Below are positions 40,390 to 52,058 of a stretch of DNA of 64,000 bases, piece by piece (within the stretch, counting starts at the first letter, position 1; every line of letters starts with the position of its first letter). The stretch is taken from NCBI GenBank assembly GCA_963733195.1, contig CAVTCR010000012.1, positions 41,529 to 105,528 of the forward strand. The letters run 5' to 3'. The notes beneath the pieces are model-generated. The model saw nothing but the letters and a program-made list of their open reading frames with translations, ran no database searches and had not been told where the DNA came from. This DNA comes from an uncultured delta proteobacterium. GTDB lineage: Bacteria > Desulfobacterota > Binatia > Bin18. A program made the translations under genes and the position numbers.

Positions 40390-41775
40390 ATGCCAGGTTC
40401 AATGAAAGCTATTCTTGACGCCATTACCTCTAGACAAGCGAGATCTGAAGATTACGCGGCCATGCCCTTGCCTGAGTCGATGCGGGCGGTGACGACGCAC
40501 AAAGATGAAATCCAGATGTTCGAGGGACTTCCTTCGGAGAAGAAAGATCCACGTAAAAGCCTGCATATGGATGAAGTTCCGATCCCAGAAGTTGGGCCAA
40601 ATGAAGCGTTAGTGGCGGTGATGGCTACCAGCATAAATTTCAACACCGTCTGGAGTGCGATCTTCGAGCCGATCCCAACGTTCCAGTTTCTCGAACGCGC
40701 AGCCAAGAGAAGCCCGTGGGATAAGCGTCATAATCTGCCATATCATATCCTCGGGAGTGACGGTTCCGGCGTTATCTTGAAAGTTGGGCCTGGTGTCACA
40801 CTATTCAAGCCTGGTGACGAGGTCACGATTCACTGCAACTACGTTGACATGCAGGCCCCCGATGGACACGACGATTCGATGCTTGATCCTGATCAACGCA
40901 TCTGGGGCTTTGAGACTAATTTTGGTGGCATGGCGGAAATTGCGGTTGTGCGCGCCAATCAACTCATGCCCAAACCACCGCATCTGACCTGGGAAGAAGC
41001 GGCATCGATGCCGTTGGTCAACTCGACATCATATCGCATGCTTGTGAGTCCCAATGGTACGCAGATTAAACAAGGCGACATCGTCCTCATTTGGGGAGCC
41101 GTCGGTGGCCTCGGCGGATTTGCCTTGCAGTACGTCCTCAATGCCGGTGCGTTTCCTATCTGTGTGGTGTCGTCGCAAGAGCGAGTACGCTTATGTGAGA
41201 CCATTGGCGCACGTTGGGTTATTGATCGGAGAGCGGAAGGGTTTCAGTTTTGGAATGCTGACGGATCGCAGAATACACGCGAACTGCGCCGCTTGGGACA
41301 GAAAATCCGTGATCTCACCAATGGTGAAGACCCTGATGTCGTCTACGAACATCCAGGGCACGATACCTTTGCCGCCAGTGTATATATCGCACGCCCCGGA
41401 GGCAGTGTGGTCACCTGCGCTTCAACCACCGGCTACATGCACGAGTATGACAATCGCTACTTGTGGATGAATAAGAAGCGCATCATCGGTTCACACTTCG
41501 CGAATTATCGTGAAGCCTGGGAAGCAAATCGCTTAGTGGGGAAACGCGCGATTCATCCGTTGCTTTCTGAAACCTATCCTCTCACTGAAGCTGGCGAAGC
41601 CGCCTATCGCGTCCATCACAACATGCAGATCGGTAAAATTGGTGTGTTGTGTTTGGCTCCGCAAGGCGGACTTGGCGTTCGCGATCAGGCTGGCCGCGCT
41701 CGGCACATCGGTCAGATCAACTTATATCGCAATGCCGTCAAAGGGCAGTTCAAGTTGGTGAAAACGGAGCCGTAA
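40390..41775 (+). CDS. ccrA: Crotonyl-CoA carboxylase/reductase
   Basis: SINFNTVW, YHILGSD, QRIWGFETNFG, QLMPKPPHLTWEEA, EHPG, DNRYLWM, IIGSHFAN. Confidence 0.92.
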   Translation: MPGSMKAILDAITSRQARSEDYAAMPLPESMRAVTTHKDEIQMFEGLPSEKKDPRKSLHMDEVPIPEVGPNEALVAVMATSINFNTVWSAIFEPIPTFQFLERAAKRSPWDKRHNLPYHILGSDGSGVILKVGPGVTLFKPGDEVTIHCNYVDMQAPDGHDDSMLDPDQRIWGFETNFGGMAEIAVVRANQLMPKPPHLTWEEAASMPLVNSTSYRMLVSPNGTQIKQGDIVLIWGAVGGLGGFALQYVLNAGAFPICVVSSQERVRLCETIGARWVIDRRAEGFQFWNADGSQNTRELRRLGQKIRDLTNGEDPDVVYEHPGHDTFAASVYIARPGGSVVTCASTTGYMHEYDNRYLWMNKKRIIGSHFANYREAWEANRLVGKRAIHPLLSETYPLTEAGEAAYRVHHNMQIGKIGVLCLAPQGGLGVRDQAGRARHIGQINLYRNAVKGQFKLVKTEP

Positions 41776-41911
41776 GCGTGATGCGAAAGGCGTAAAACGT
41801 GAGGGAAGGAGATGGCACATCACGTACCACGACAATACGCAACACGTTTTCCGTGATTCGTGTTCCGTGGCCTCCATTGATGTATGCCATTGTTTCAGTG
41901 AAATTGACCTT

Positions 41912-42426
41912 ATGTCTCACGTATCACCGTTCGTTTTGCCACTGCAGCTGATGTCGAAACGATTCTCCGCTTCATCAAAGGACTGGCCGAATTTGAAAAA
42001 GAGCCAGACGCAGTCAAAACGACCACCGCAGATTTACTCCGCGACGGATTTGGCGAGCATCCCAAGTTCGAAGTTTTACTGGCAGAAATAAACCAGGAGC
42101 CAGTGGGGTTTGCGCTTTTCTTTCCGACCTACTCAACCTGGGAAGGACGTGGAGGAATTCATCTGGAAGACCTCTTTGTTCCAGAACAGTGGCGTGGCCA
42201 TGGTGTCGGACAAGTGTTGATGGTTGAGCTGGCAAAAATTGCAGTGGCGCGCGGCTGTGGGCGTTTAGAGCTTTCGGTCTTGCACTGGAATCCCGCCCGC
42301 GAGTTCTATCATCGTCTCGGAATAGCGCATCAGGAAGAATGGTTGCTGTATCGCATCAGCGGAGAAGCACTGAGCACTTTGGCACGACAAGGAAAGGGAC
42401 GAAGTATTTCGCTGTCAGAGCAATAG
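41912..42426 (+). CDS. GNAT N-acetyltransferase (SSAT-like); frameshift just after start
   Basis: ILRFIKGLAEFEK, GFALFFPTYSTWEG, LEDLFV..QWRGHGVG, VLHWNPAREFY. Confidence 0.82.
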
Positions 42427-42477
42427 AGCTTGGGCAAATGCATGCATTCCCTGCGAAACTGCTTCCCCATCCTAGCT

Positions 42478-42563
42478 GTCATTGCGAAGGAGCTGTAAGC
42501 GACGAAGCAATCTCTTTCCCGGGCAAGCGATTGCTCTCGCATCCAGGACCTCTGCCCAATGAC
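42478..42563. repeat. RPE-like palindromic element between convergent genes
   Basis: gtcattgcgaa...cgaagcaatct...gattgc...caatgac; same family as 23136-23231. Confidence 0.7.
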
Positions 42564-42580
42564 TACAGCTTCTGTAATTT

Positions 42581-42778
42581 TTAAGACTCAATCTCCCCTT
42601 CACACTTTTTACATTCCAATTCCCACCCTAATCGACTCTGTCGTCCCTCTGGTGTCACTACCCACGGTCGTTCTTGCCATGGTGGGTCATGGCGGGTGTG
42701 TTGCGTATGGCCACATTCGAGATCAGCAACCCAATCACCAATCTCATCTTGGTGAAAGCTGATGATCTTGCGTTTCAT
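42581..42778 (-). CDS. DUF3565 family protein
   Basis: FHQDE.GDWVADLECGH.QH.RHDPPW..RPWV...CKKC. Confidence 0.85.
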   Translation of the reverse strand: MKRKIISFHQDEIGDWVADLECGHTQHTRHDPPWQERPWVVTPEGRQSRLGWELECKKCEGEIES

Positions 42779-43326
42779 TACTCAACACCCAGTCGTTTCT
42801 TTCCTTCAGCAGACATCATGTCAGGATGCCATTGCGGGTCCCAGACAACCTGTACTTCGACATCGGTGACATTGGGCAAGGTTTCAATCCGTTGTTGTGC
42901 ATCGCGGGCGATAGACGGTCCCATGCCACAACCTTGGGCAGTGAGGGTCATTTGTACGAACACCTTGTATTTTCCATCAGGAAGTGGATCAAGGCGAAGA
43001 TCATAAACCAACCCGAGATCAACCACGTTAATAGGAATCTCAGGGTCGAACACCTCGCGCAATTGCGCCCACACCATATCTTCGGTGATAGGACCGTGAT
43101 TCTGGGTCGATGATCGAGCCCCCTGGGTGCTCTGTTTGCCGATAGCGTCAGCATCTTTCTCCGTAATGCGAACGAGTTTCCCCAATGTTGGAAGACGGAG
43201 CGTATATGTCTCCCCGAGAGCTTGGGTGATAAATGCTTGAGTCCCTTTGGCGAGGGTGATGGGAGTCCCGTGAGGAATTTGTGTTCCCTCACACTCTCGC
43301 GTAAGAACGACTTCTTCTTGTGCCAT
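42778..43326 (-). CDS. sufT: Fe-S cluster assembly protein SufT (DUF59)
   Basis: ITQALG, VFDPEIPINVVDLGLVY, MTLTAQGCGMG, VWDPQW..MS. Confidence 0.88.
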   Translation of the reverse strand: MAQEEVVLTRECEGTQIPHGTPITLAKGTQAFITQALGETYTLRLPTLGKLVRITEKDADAIGKQSTQGARSSTQNHGPITEDMVWAQLREVFDPEIPINVVDLGLVYDLRLDPLPDGKYKVFVQMTLTAQGCGMGPSIARDAQQRIETLPNVTDVEVQVVWDPQWHPDMMSAEGKKRLGVE

Positions 43327-43336
43327 GGTTACTCTC

Positions 43337-43726
43337 CTAGTGAAGCGCGTGCGGCTCACTCAATGTAAAGGCGGCGATGGCGGCATCAAACCGTTCGCCG
43401 TTGGTGGTGATCATCTGGTAGGTGCCATGCATAGTTCCGAACGACGTGGTCAGTGGACACCCAGAAGTGTACTCAAATGACTGCCCTGGTGCGAGTACGG
43501 GTTGTTCGCCGACGACACCAGGGCCACGCACCTCCTCGACTTTGCCATTGGCGTCGGTAATGACCCAATGACGGCTAATGAGCTGAGTTGTTGTAGTGCC
43601 TTGATTTGAAATGGTGACTGTATAGAGAAAAAACCACTGATTCTGCTGTGGCTGGGAGCGGGATGGATCAAACCGTGCTTTCACAGACACATGGATCCCG
43701 TTGGTAATGGCTTCAGAAGTAAACAC
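43337..43726 (-). CDS. apaG: ApaG protein
   Basis: QLISRHWVITD.NG..EEVRGPGVVGEQP, FEYTSGCPL.T..GTM.G.Y. Confidence 0.93.
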   Translation of the reverse strand: MFTSEAITNGIHVSVKARFDPSRSQPQQNQWFFLYTVTISNQGTTTTQLISRHWVITDANGKVEEVRGPGVVGEQPVLAPGQSFEYTSGCPLTTSFGTMHGTYQMITTNGERFDAAIAAFTLSEPHALH

Positions 43727-43872
43727 AAGCAACCTCATGCACACCAAACAAAGATAGTGGCAGTCTAATGGGGTGAGGTTGCAACGTCAACGGCAAAGCG
43801 AGGGAGTGGATGGAGAGCAACCGAATTCACGTGATAGAACAGGCTTCTAGCCCGTCCCACCAAGAATTGGTT

Positions 43873-45159
43873 TCAACGCCGTGGCTTCTTTAGCAGAAAG
43901 AGTAGTGCGAACGCTACAAAGTTCAGAGCAGCGCTGAAGATGAAGGCGAGACTATAACTTCCGGTGATTGTGTATAAATAGCCAGCGATGAGGGGACCGA
44001 AAGCCGCAGGCGCACCAGAGACAGCAAAGATAAATCCAGCGATTGCCCCAACCGACAGCCGGCCAAAGAAATCGCCAATGATCGCCGGGAATAATGCCGT
44101 AACTCCGCCGTATGACAGACCGAAGATTGCTGCTGCCGGGTACAGTGTCGCTAGACCTGAACTTATCGTGAATCCGAGAAACCCAAGCGCTTGCAGCACA
44201 AAGCACAGTCCGAGGGTAGCGACCCGACCAAAACGATCGGAAATCGTACCAATGAACAATCGCCCAACTGAACCAGCTAAACCGATAACGCTAATCGTCA
44301 TCGCTGCGCGGAACTGGGGAATACCAAGGTCTACTGCGAATGGGACAATATGGACCATAGGCATAAAGACGACGAGCCACGTGAGTGTGAAGATCAGATT
44401 AAGCAGCCAGAAAGGAGCCGTTCGTTTTGCTTCGGCTAATGTCCACTCATTGTTCGATGCAACCATTTGTGACGTTGATGAGAAGGATGACGGTGAAGCG
44501 GGAATTTGACCATCAGGATGCAATCCCATCTGTTCAGGGTCACGTACAGTGAAGGCGGCACACAAGCCAATGACGATGAGTCCGATCAGACCTAAGATCA
44601 AGTACGCGCTACGCCAACCATAGGCAGCAATCAACGCCGCTGCGAGGGGTGGAAAAAGAAACGTCCCGAAACTTGCCCCACTGGACGTGAGGCCCAAGGC
44701 TAAACCACGTTTCTCGATGAACCAACGCACGACGGTGGCGTTACACGGGACATAAGCTGCACTCATCCCCGACGCAGCGATGATGCCGAGAAATACGTAC
44801 ATGTGCCACAGAGCAGTGGCCTGGCTGGTTAGAATAATACCGATGCCGAGGAGACAGCCCCCAGTCGTAATGACGAGGCGAGGTCCCCAGCGGTCAGTCA
44901 AGCGTCCACTGACAGCTCCGAGCGCACTATAGAGAAAAATATACAGGGCATAGGGGAGGGACAACGTATCTCGTCCCCAGCCCGTATCTTTCACAATCTC
45001 CGGCATAAACACGCCGAAGCTAAACTGAATACCGTAAGCAACACAGAGGATCGTGAACGCGCAGGCGACCACCACCCAGCCGTAAAAAACGCGGCTTTGC
45101 TTAGCGATGTCTGCTGGTGCGATTCGCACCTCCATTGTTTCCTGCTCTATCTTGTCCAT
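43873..45159 (-). CDS. MFS transporter (OFA/MCT-like)
   Basis: FYGWVVV, GRLTDRWGPR motif A, WF..KRGLALG, 12 TM pattern. Confidence 0.9.
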   Translation of the reverse strand: MDKIEQETMEVRIAPADIAKQSRVFYGWVVVACAFTILCVAYGIQFSFGVFMPEIVKDTGWGRDTLSLPYALYIFLYSALGAVSGRLTDRWGPRLVITTGGCLLGIGIILTSQATALWHMYVFLGIIAASGMSAAYVPCNATVVRWFIEKRGLALGLTSSGASFGTFLFPPLAAALIAAYGWRSAYLILGLIGLIVIGLCAAFTVRDPEQMGLHPDGQIPASPSSFSSTSQMVASNNEWTLAEAKRTAPFWLLNLIFTLTWLVVFMPMVHIVPFAVDLGIPQFRAAMTISVIGLAGSVGRLFIGTISDRFGRVATLGLCFVLQALGFLGFTISSGLATLYPAAAIFGLSYGGVTALFPAIIGDFFGRLSVGAIAGFIFAVSGAPAAFGPLIAGYLYTITGSYSLAFIFSAALNFVAFALLFLLKKPRR

Positions 45160-45244
45160 ACATTTGCCGCGTCCAATGAAAAATTAAAAATGAAGAATTA
45201 AAAATAAATACCACCCTATTCCTTCAATTCTTCATTTTTCACTC

Positions 45245-45270
45245 GAGGTCATGTCAAATAGTGTGTAAAC
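45245..45270 (+). mobile_element. IS256-like left terminal inverted repeat (no transposase behind it)
   Basis: GAGGTCATGTCAAATAGTGTGTAAA matches the reverse complement of 63789-63813 at 21/25; following bases resemble the left end of the IS256 at 50966. Confidence 0.65.
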
Positions 45271-45435
45271 GAAGTAGGTGGAGATCCCCTCTGTGAGAGT
45301 ATCTCGTTAGTCTACAACAAGAGCATCTATTGAGTTTCGTAAAAAGAAAGAAACACTATCGAAGGTCGCAACGCTCGATTTAGCATGATTTCTTGAGGCT
45401 TGAACCGTTTCATTCTTTACGCGGATTTCAATAGC

Positions 45436-46641
45436 TTACTCTTCTCCAAAAAAGCGTCGCTTCACGGTGGCACTGATCGGAGCGTCGGGGCCCATGCCAA
45501 AGAGATCTGGCATGCGGGCACCATCTTGGGCGATCAAGGACAGCGCCCGAGTACGGCGTGTGTCGGCTTCAGGTCCCGTCTCCAAGAACATACTTCTGTA
45601 CCAGTCTTCCAGCGTGTGAATGACCTGGAAATTCCGGTGCTGCTCCTCGGCGTACGCGTGTCCAGCGGTTTCCCAGTCCTCGGTCTTGAGCAATTGGTCC
45701 CGTAAGAGCCGGACACTGCGGAGCGTCATAGCTAGCCCCTGCCCGAAGGAGGGATCACAGGTCGACGCGGCATCCCCTACCAGGGCAACGCCCTCTTTAT
45801 AAGGATGCTTCACCCAGGAGTCATCAGATCCAAAGCTCGCCAAGGGACCCACTGCTCGTGCGTGCTTGTACAGGTCAGCCGCCGCTCCTGTGCGGAGCGA
45901 TTCGTCAATGAGCCGCGGGATATCGGCTACGGTCTGGAACCGGCGATGGATGTCTTTAGGGTAGCCGAGATAGGCGCGCACCCAGCCACGCCCAACATTC
46001 CCTAGAAAGACTTCTTGCCCATTGGTCGGATTCAGCACCGCATACCACGTATCTGATGCCAGCGGTACGTTCTCCAGTAGTACCCCCGCAAATAGCCGCC
46101 GTTGAGGATCATACTGCACTTCGAAGCCGCCCCACTGACGCGTGGGGGAGGAACGTCCATCCGCAGCAACCACTAATCGCGCATGCACTTCCTCCCTCTG
46201 CCCATTGTGGTCAACCGACACCGTCGGAACTCTGCCAGGTCGCACTTCACGTACCTGCGTGCCACGCCACACTTCAGCCCCTGCTTCCTCGGCAGCGGTG
46301 AGCAAGACTTCTTGCATGTCTGGATGATAAAAGCCGAACAACGGGGACTGATGCGGTGTGGTGGCAATGAAATCACGATGGGCAATCATATCGGGACCCA
46401 AGTAGATATCCCACCAGCGCACCTCCAGGCCACAGGTCGTGCGTAACAGCTCATAGATTCCGAGGGCCTTAGCTTCCGGGACACCCCAGGCGTGCATGCC
46501 TTCCCCTCGCACGCGGTCCTTGAAGTGGGTCTCTCGCTCCAGCACCAGCACGCGCGCACCGTGTTCGGCCATCGCTTTAGCCAAAGCCGCACCGCCTAAG
46601 CCACCACCGACCGTGATGATATCGTAGATCCCGCTTGCCAT
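45436..46641 (-). CDS. FAD-dependent monooxygenase/oxidoreductase
   Basis: GGGLGG Rossmann, DRVRGE, VAADGRSS, LVGDAA..DPSFGQG. Confidence 0.88.
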   Translation of the reverse strand: MASGIYDIITVGGGLGGAALAKAMAEHGARVLVLERETHFKDRVRGEGMHAWGVPEAKALGIYELLRTTCGLEVRWWDIYLGPDMIAHRDFIATTPHQSPLFGFYHPDMQEVLLTAAEEAGAEVWRGTQVREVRPGRVPTVSVDHNGQREEVHARLVVAADGRSSPTRQWGGFEVQYDPQRRLFAGVLLENVPLASDTWYAVLNPTNGQEVFLGNVGRGWVRAYLGYPKDIHRRFQTVADIPRLIDESLRTGAAADLYKHARAVGPLASFGSDDSWVKHPYKEGVALVGDAASTCDPSFGQGLAMTLRSVRLLRDQLLKTEDWETAGHAYAEEQHRNFQVIHTLEDWYRSMFLETGPEADTRRTRALSLIAQDGARMPDLFGMGPDAPISATVKRRFFGEE

Positions 46642-46742
46642 ATTCCTCTCACTTGTCGCGCCGAAGCTTACGTTCTGCTTTCCGTTTCTGTCCTGCAAAA
46701 GCTTTGTTCTAGGCAGAAGGCAGGAGTCGTACCGATGCGGTG

Positions 46743-49700
46743 TCAGGCCAACTCTTCCAGCAACGCCTTCGCCTCTTGCAAATCCTTCGTATCAAACCCT
46801 TCGGTAAACCAATTGTAGATCTCTGCCAACAGCTTGTGAGCTTCGGTCTTCTTACCTTGTTGTTGCCACAGCCGGCTGAGGCTCATCACCGCCCGCAGCT
46901 CCACGACTTCGCACTCTGTCGACGGGCAATCTCGATGGCCTTCTGGAAATACACTTCGCCTCCGCCTCTGCTTGGCGGACTCGAGATTGGAGGCTTGGGA
47001 GCTGGTGACTTGCAGCCTTAGACTTTTGCAGCGTCAGCTTACCTTTCAGCCGATACAGCTCCGCCTCGCTAGAACCCTCCCCAACTTTCTCCACCTCAGC
47101 CAGCGCCTCGGCTAGCATCGTTAAGCCCTTCTTCGGCCTGTCCTCGCTCTGCCATACGCCTCGGCCAGTAGGGCAAGAAACCATGCGTACTAGTTCCTCT
47201 GCTCCTATGGCCCGAAAGGCAGCTAGGCCTTGGCGAATCTGTGCAATGCCCTTCTTCTCCTCGTCCTTGCTCGGCCAGCGCCCAGCCCTGCAGGATGGTT
47301 CCCCATGCCAACCAGAACGGAAACCCCTGCTCGTCGCAGAGTGCAATCACTGCCTCTGCCTGCTCTTGGGCTGCCTGCACCTCCCGGCGGAACTGATGGA
47401 GCATGGCTGCAAAGTCCAGAGCAAAAGCCAGGCTAAAAGGGTGAGACAACTCCTGGGCTAGGGTGAGAGCCTTATGGCTCTTCTTCAGGGCTTGGTCCGG
47501 ATAGCCAAGACACCATAGGACCAAGGCCGCATAGGAGAGGCAAACTACCCTGGGGTCCTGACCATAGAGGAAGGCGAGGGAACGATGCCGATGGGGGTCG
47601 TAAAGGGCAATCGCCCTGTTCCAGGTGGTCTTCGGCCAGGGAATGAACTCTCCCAGGCAATGCAAGGTGTCCCCTAGAGCATAGTGGGCTTTACAAGGAG
47701 CCCGGGTCTTGGACGCTCTGGGCTAAGCTGCAGAGCATTGCTCCCCTAGCTCACGCGCCATCTGTACTCCGCCCGCATCAAATAAAATACCCACAGCCCC
47801 CACAGCACCGGGAAGAGCTGCGGGGTCTCGCCGATCTGCTGACAGAGCTCCCGGGCCCGGGTGTAGGTTCTTTCCACCTCCGGGGCGGCATAGCCCTTGG
47901 TCGCCATGAGCGGCACGCCGAGGGCGATTTGCAGCGTGAGTTCTTGCTGAGCGCGCTCAGGCGTGTCCGGGAGGGCTTCGAGGACCTCGAGCCCCTTGGT
48001 GAGATGGCTAATCGCTTCTACATTGGCTGAACTCCGAGCAGCTTTCTCGCCCGGCCTTCTGCCAATACGGAACGGCCTGCTCTAGAAGGCCAGCCTCGGT
48101 GTAGTGATGCGCCACCAGCTCTGGCTGCGTTTCTTTGATGTCTGGGAATCGTTCGTCTAAAACCCGAGCAATCTGTTGGTGATACTGCTGCCGCCGGCTC
48201 TTCAGGAGCGATTGATAAGCCGCATCCTGGATCAAGGCATGCTTGAAGACATAGCGGGCTTGTGGGGGCAGCCCCCGCTGGTACAGCACTTCCGCTTCCA
48301 CTAGCTTAGCCAGCGCTTGCTGAAGGCTTTTCTCGTCCCCCGGTGCGATTGCTTGAATGATCTCATAAGGAAATTCCCGCCCCAAGGTCGCCCCAATCTG
48401 TGCGATCTCTCGGGCTGTCGCTAACCGATCGAGCCGTGCCATGAGCGAGTCTTGCAGCGTGGTTGGAATTGCGAGTGGGGGCAAAGGGCCGGCTAACTCA
48501 TACTGGCCGTTTGCCTCCTGTAGTAACCCCGACTCTAGCACCATTTTCGTCAGCTCTTCGACAAACAACGGCACGCCATCTGTCTTATTGACAATTTGGT
48601 TCTGCACCTCAGTCGGTAACGGCTTACCGCCGGTGACCTTCCTGATCATCTCCCCTGCTTGCGTGCGCGGCAGTCGGGCTAGGGTCAGTGGGGTGAGGTG
48701 TGTGCGACTGCTCCACGGCGGTGTAAACTCGGGCCGCGCGGTTAACAGCACCAGCAGCCGGGCTGTCGGCACTTGGTCGAGCAGGAGGCCTAAGAGTTCT
48801 AAGGTGGAGGGATCAGCCCAGTGCACGTCCTCCCACACACAGTACACCAGGTGCCGCTCGGCTTCTTCCATGAGCCACGCGACTAACGCTTCTTGAGTCT
48901 TCTGCTTCTGTTTCTGTGGACTCAACGTCAGCGGTGGGGCGTCCTCCGGCTGGGGCAAGGAGAGCAAGGCGGCCAAAAGTGAGGGAGTGTCAGACTGGGG
49001 GAAGTGATAGCGCGTCAAAATCTGCTGGAGTTTAGCAAGCTTGGTTTGGGCTATATCGTCCCGCTCAAACTGTAATACTCGTTGCAGATGAGTGAGCACT
49101 GGATAGAGCGCACTATTCTGATGATACGGGGAGCAACGAAACTCCCAGCAGGTGACTCCCTGCTGTACGACTCGCTCCTTCACCTCCTGCACGAGGCGGG
49201 ATTTCCCAATGCCCGGCTCACCGTTCAGGAACACCACTTGTCCATCGCCTGCCTGTGCGGCGGTCCACCGCTCTACGATCAACCCTACCTCATGGGCTCT
49301 GCCCACCAAGGGAGTTAATCTGCCCGCGCTGACCTCGATCTCCAGCCGACTTTGGGCGCTGCTCTCTCTCAGCACCCGATAGATCTGGACGGGAGCAGAG
49401 ACACCTTTTACGGACTGGAGTCCGCCATCGTGGCAGTCAAAGAAGCCTGCGATGAGCCGCTGGGTGGCGGCGCTGATGACTACCGTATTCGGCTCCGCAA
49501 GTCCTTGCAGGCGAGCCGCGATATTGGGGGTGTCGCCCAAGGCTAACTGTTCGCGCTTACCACTACCAATCTCACCTACGACTACCAGTCCAGTGTGAAT
49601 GCCAAGGCGCACTTGCACGCCCTGTGCTTGGAGTAACGGAGCGTGGCGTATGGCCTCCACTATCCCTAAGGCTGTCCGTACGGCCCGCTGTGCATCTTCC

Positions 49701-50194
49701 TCGTGGGCATTGGGATAGCCGAAGTAGATCAGCAGGCCATCGCCCAGATATTGCGCGATATGCCCATCAACACGGTGGACCACCTCCGCACAGATCTCCT
49801 GATACGTCTGCACTACCTCCCGCCACTCTTCTGGATCCAGGCGCTCGGCGAGCGCCGTGGAGTCCACCAAGTCACAGAACATCACGGTGAGTTGGCGCCG
49901 CTCGGCTTCCGGTGCAGCGGGATGCGATCTCAGAGGAGGTATGGAGTGGTCTGCGCGTTGCCGGGATAAACGCCCGGCCGGCTGACCCGCGGTTTTCTGG
50001 GCTTTGCGCTTGGGACTTTTGGCTTTCGGCGCGGTCTCGCTCGCCCCCAAAGCAGTCCCGCACTCTGCACAGAAGCGGGCCTGGGGCAGATTCTCTATCC
50101 CACAGCTGGGACAGCGGTGTTCGAGAGGCTTCCCACAGCCGATGCAGAACTTGGCTCCCGCAGGATTCTCACCCCCACAGCTTGGACACTGCAT
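46743..50194 (-). CDS. Double zinc-ribbon adenylate/guanylate cyclase-AAA-TPR protein (many frameshifts in the TPR half)
   Basis: CPSCG..FCIGCG..CPSCG..FCAECG, ERRQLTVMFCDLV, GEPGIGKS, TDGVPLF, FKHALIQDAAY; ends WFTEGFDTKDLQEAKALLEELA*. Confidence 0.85.
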
Positions 50195-50250
50195 GGTGTC
50201 TCTTTACCTCTTCTGGCTTTCCGGGCAAGGCAAACGACTGGTCCCAGCAA

Positions 50251-50966
50251 TCAGGCAGCGATCCTCTCTCGCGTGCGCGCCGTCTGCTGCACGCCATCGA
50301 CATACTGTGCACCGGCATAGACGGCGGGCAGCAACTCCGCTCCTTTGCAGCGTCGAAATGTCGATTCCGCCACTTGCAATAGCTTCCAGGTCATCGAGTC
50401 GTCGTGCTTCCATGCCTCATACTCCACCTGCCATTGGGTCTTCAGCCGCAACAAGGCGGCAGGAGACAGCGGCGCACCTTCGCCCAAAAGACCTCGCAAC
50501 GCTAGCTCGAAATCTCCCAAGGCTAAGCCGTGGAGATCGAGTTGGGGCAGTAACTCTCCCACTTCTTTGGTCTGGCGTTTGAACAGCGGCAATACGCGAC
50601 TGCAAACCGCTCGTTGAGGTCGCGGACCGGGGCCGGACGGTAATGTCCCATTGGTCAACGTGAGCCGCCGGGGCTTGCCATAGCCATTGCGATGCCTGGG
50701 CGGCATCGACCGCCTCTCGCCGGGCTGACTTCGTGCGTCCTAATAACTCGTGACTTCTTCTTCCAACAGCGCTTGGATGAACTGCGGATCTATTCCCGGA
50801 CAAAGTCTTCTAAGCGCTCCCACGTATTGCTGGCCTTCGGCTCTGGGGTGGTGGCCTTTTGCGTCATGGCGTTTCTCCTTCTCTGCCCGGGCTCAAAACC
50901 CGGTGTGTTAGGTCACCTGAGAGGATACGTCGCCTAACCCGTGTTTCCACACCTTTGGGTTATACC
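50251..50966 (-). mobile_element. IS256-family remnant (internally deleted transposase)
   Basis: RNGYGKPR, SRVLPLFKR, LHGLALGDF..ALRGLLG..APLS joined directly to WKLLQVAE..FRR...RIAA*; left IR-like end at 50944-50966. Confidence 0.8.
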
Positions 50967-51162
50967 TCTTTTCCCTCTTAATTCTTCATTAAAGGCCAAG
51001 GGCCTTAGCAATGTTCACCCCGCTGAATGTCATCGGTCCGCAGTATCCAACCCGGCAAGATGTTGTCAAGGGAACAGCGTGGGGCTACACCTGCTACTCG
51101 ATTATGTCAGAATTCGCCCCAATAGGAAGTAAAGTCTTGCGGTGGTCTCACTTCCTGTTCTT

Positions 51163-52058
51163 TTATGCTGCTGCCAAGGAGGTCAGGAGAATTCGTGTAC
51201 GAGCTGTGTGGAGGAGCCGCCGTTGCGCAAGCGATATGACCTCATTCCGGTATGACCTCGGGCGCAGAAAGTTCCGGACTTCATCATGCACGCGGCAAAA
51301 GCGTTTCGCCGACTCGACACTTTTGAAGCCCCCCATCGGCCGTATGCGCTGTTTGATTCCTCTATGGTCCTGTTCCAGGTGGTTGTTCAAATAGCGGTTC
51401 GTGCGATGGCGTACCTCCTCCCCTAACGTGGCTTTGATCGCACCGGGATAGGCGTCGTGTCCATCCCTGGTGACCCGCTCCGGGACACGACCGGTGACGG
51501 TACGTGCGGAGCGAAAGAAGGCTTCTGCCGCTGCCTTGTCCCGTTTCTCGCTCAACAAGACATCAACGAGATTTCCATCCCGATCGATCGCCCGGTACAG
51601 GTAGACCGAGCGCCCTTTCACTTTGATGAATGTCTCGTCCACATACCAACTCGGCCCGATTCGTCCCTCGCCGGTGCTTGCGTAGCGTCTCGCTCAACAG
51701 CGGGGCGAGCTGCGCTTCCCACTCCCGCACCGCCTCATGGGTAAAGACCAAGCCCCGCTCCAGGAACATTTCTGGTAGATCCCGCAGACTCAATTTGTAG
51801 CGTACGCGCCAGAGCACCACGAGACACACGACATCGGTGGGATACTGCAGGTGGTTAAAGCGTGTGCCGGTCCGCTCATTGAATTCCCGCTTGCAGGCAC
51901 GGCACCGAAAGCGTCGGTAGCCGAGCGCGGTTCGTTCTCGTCGTTCAGTCGTGTCAGCCGACTCACAGTGTGGACACCCCATCGTCCTCCCCTCCTCAAA
52001 GCGAATGGCTACACGCTCCTTTTCTCAGACACAAGTTGGGAGGGTTCCTGACAGAGCC
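51163..52058 (-). mobile_element. IS6-family transposase (one frameshift)
   Basis: YKLSLRDL, HEAVREW, DETFIKVKG..YLYRAID, YLNNHLEQDHRGIK; IR-like GGCTCTGTCAGGAA ending at 52058. Confidence 0.88.
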
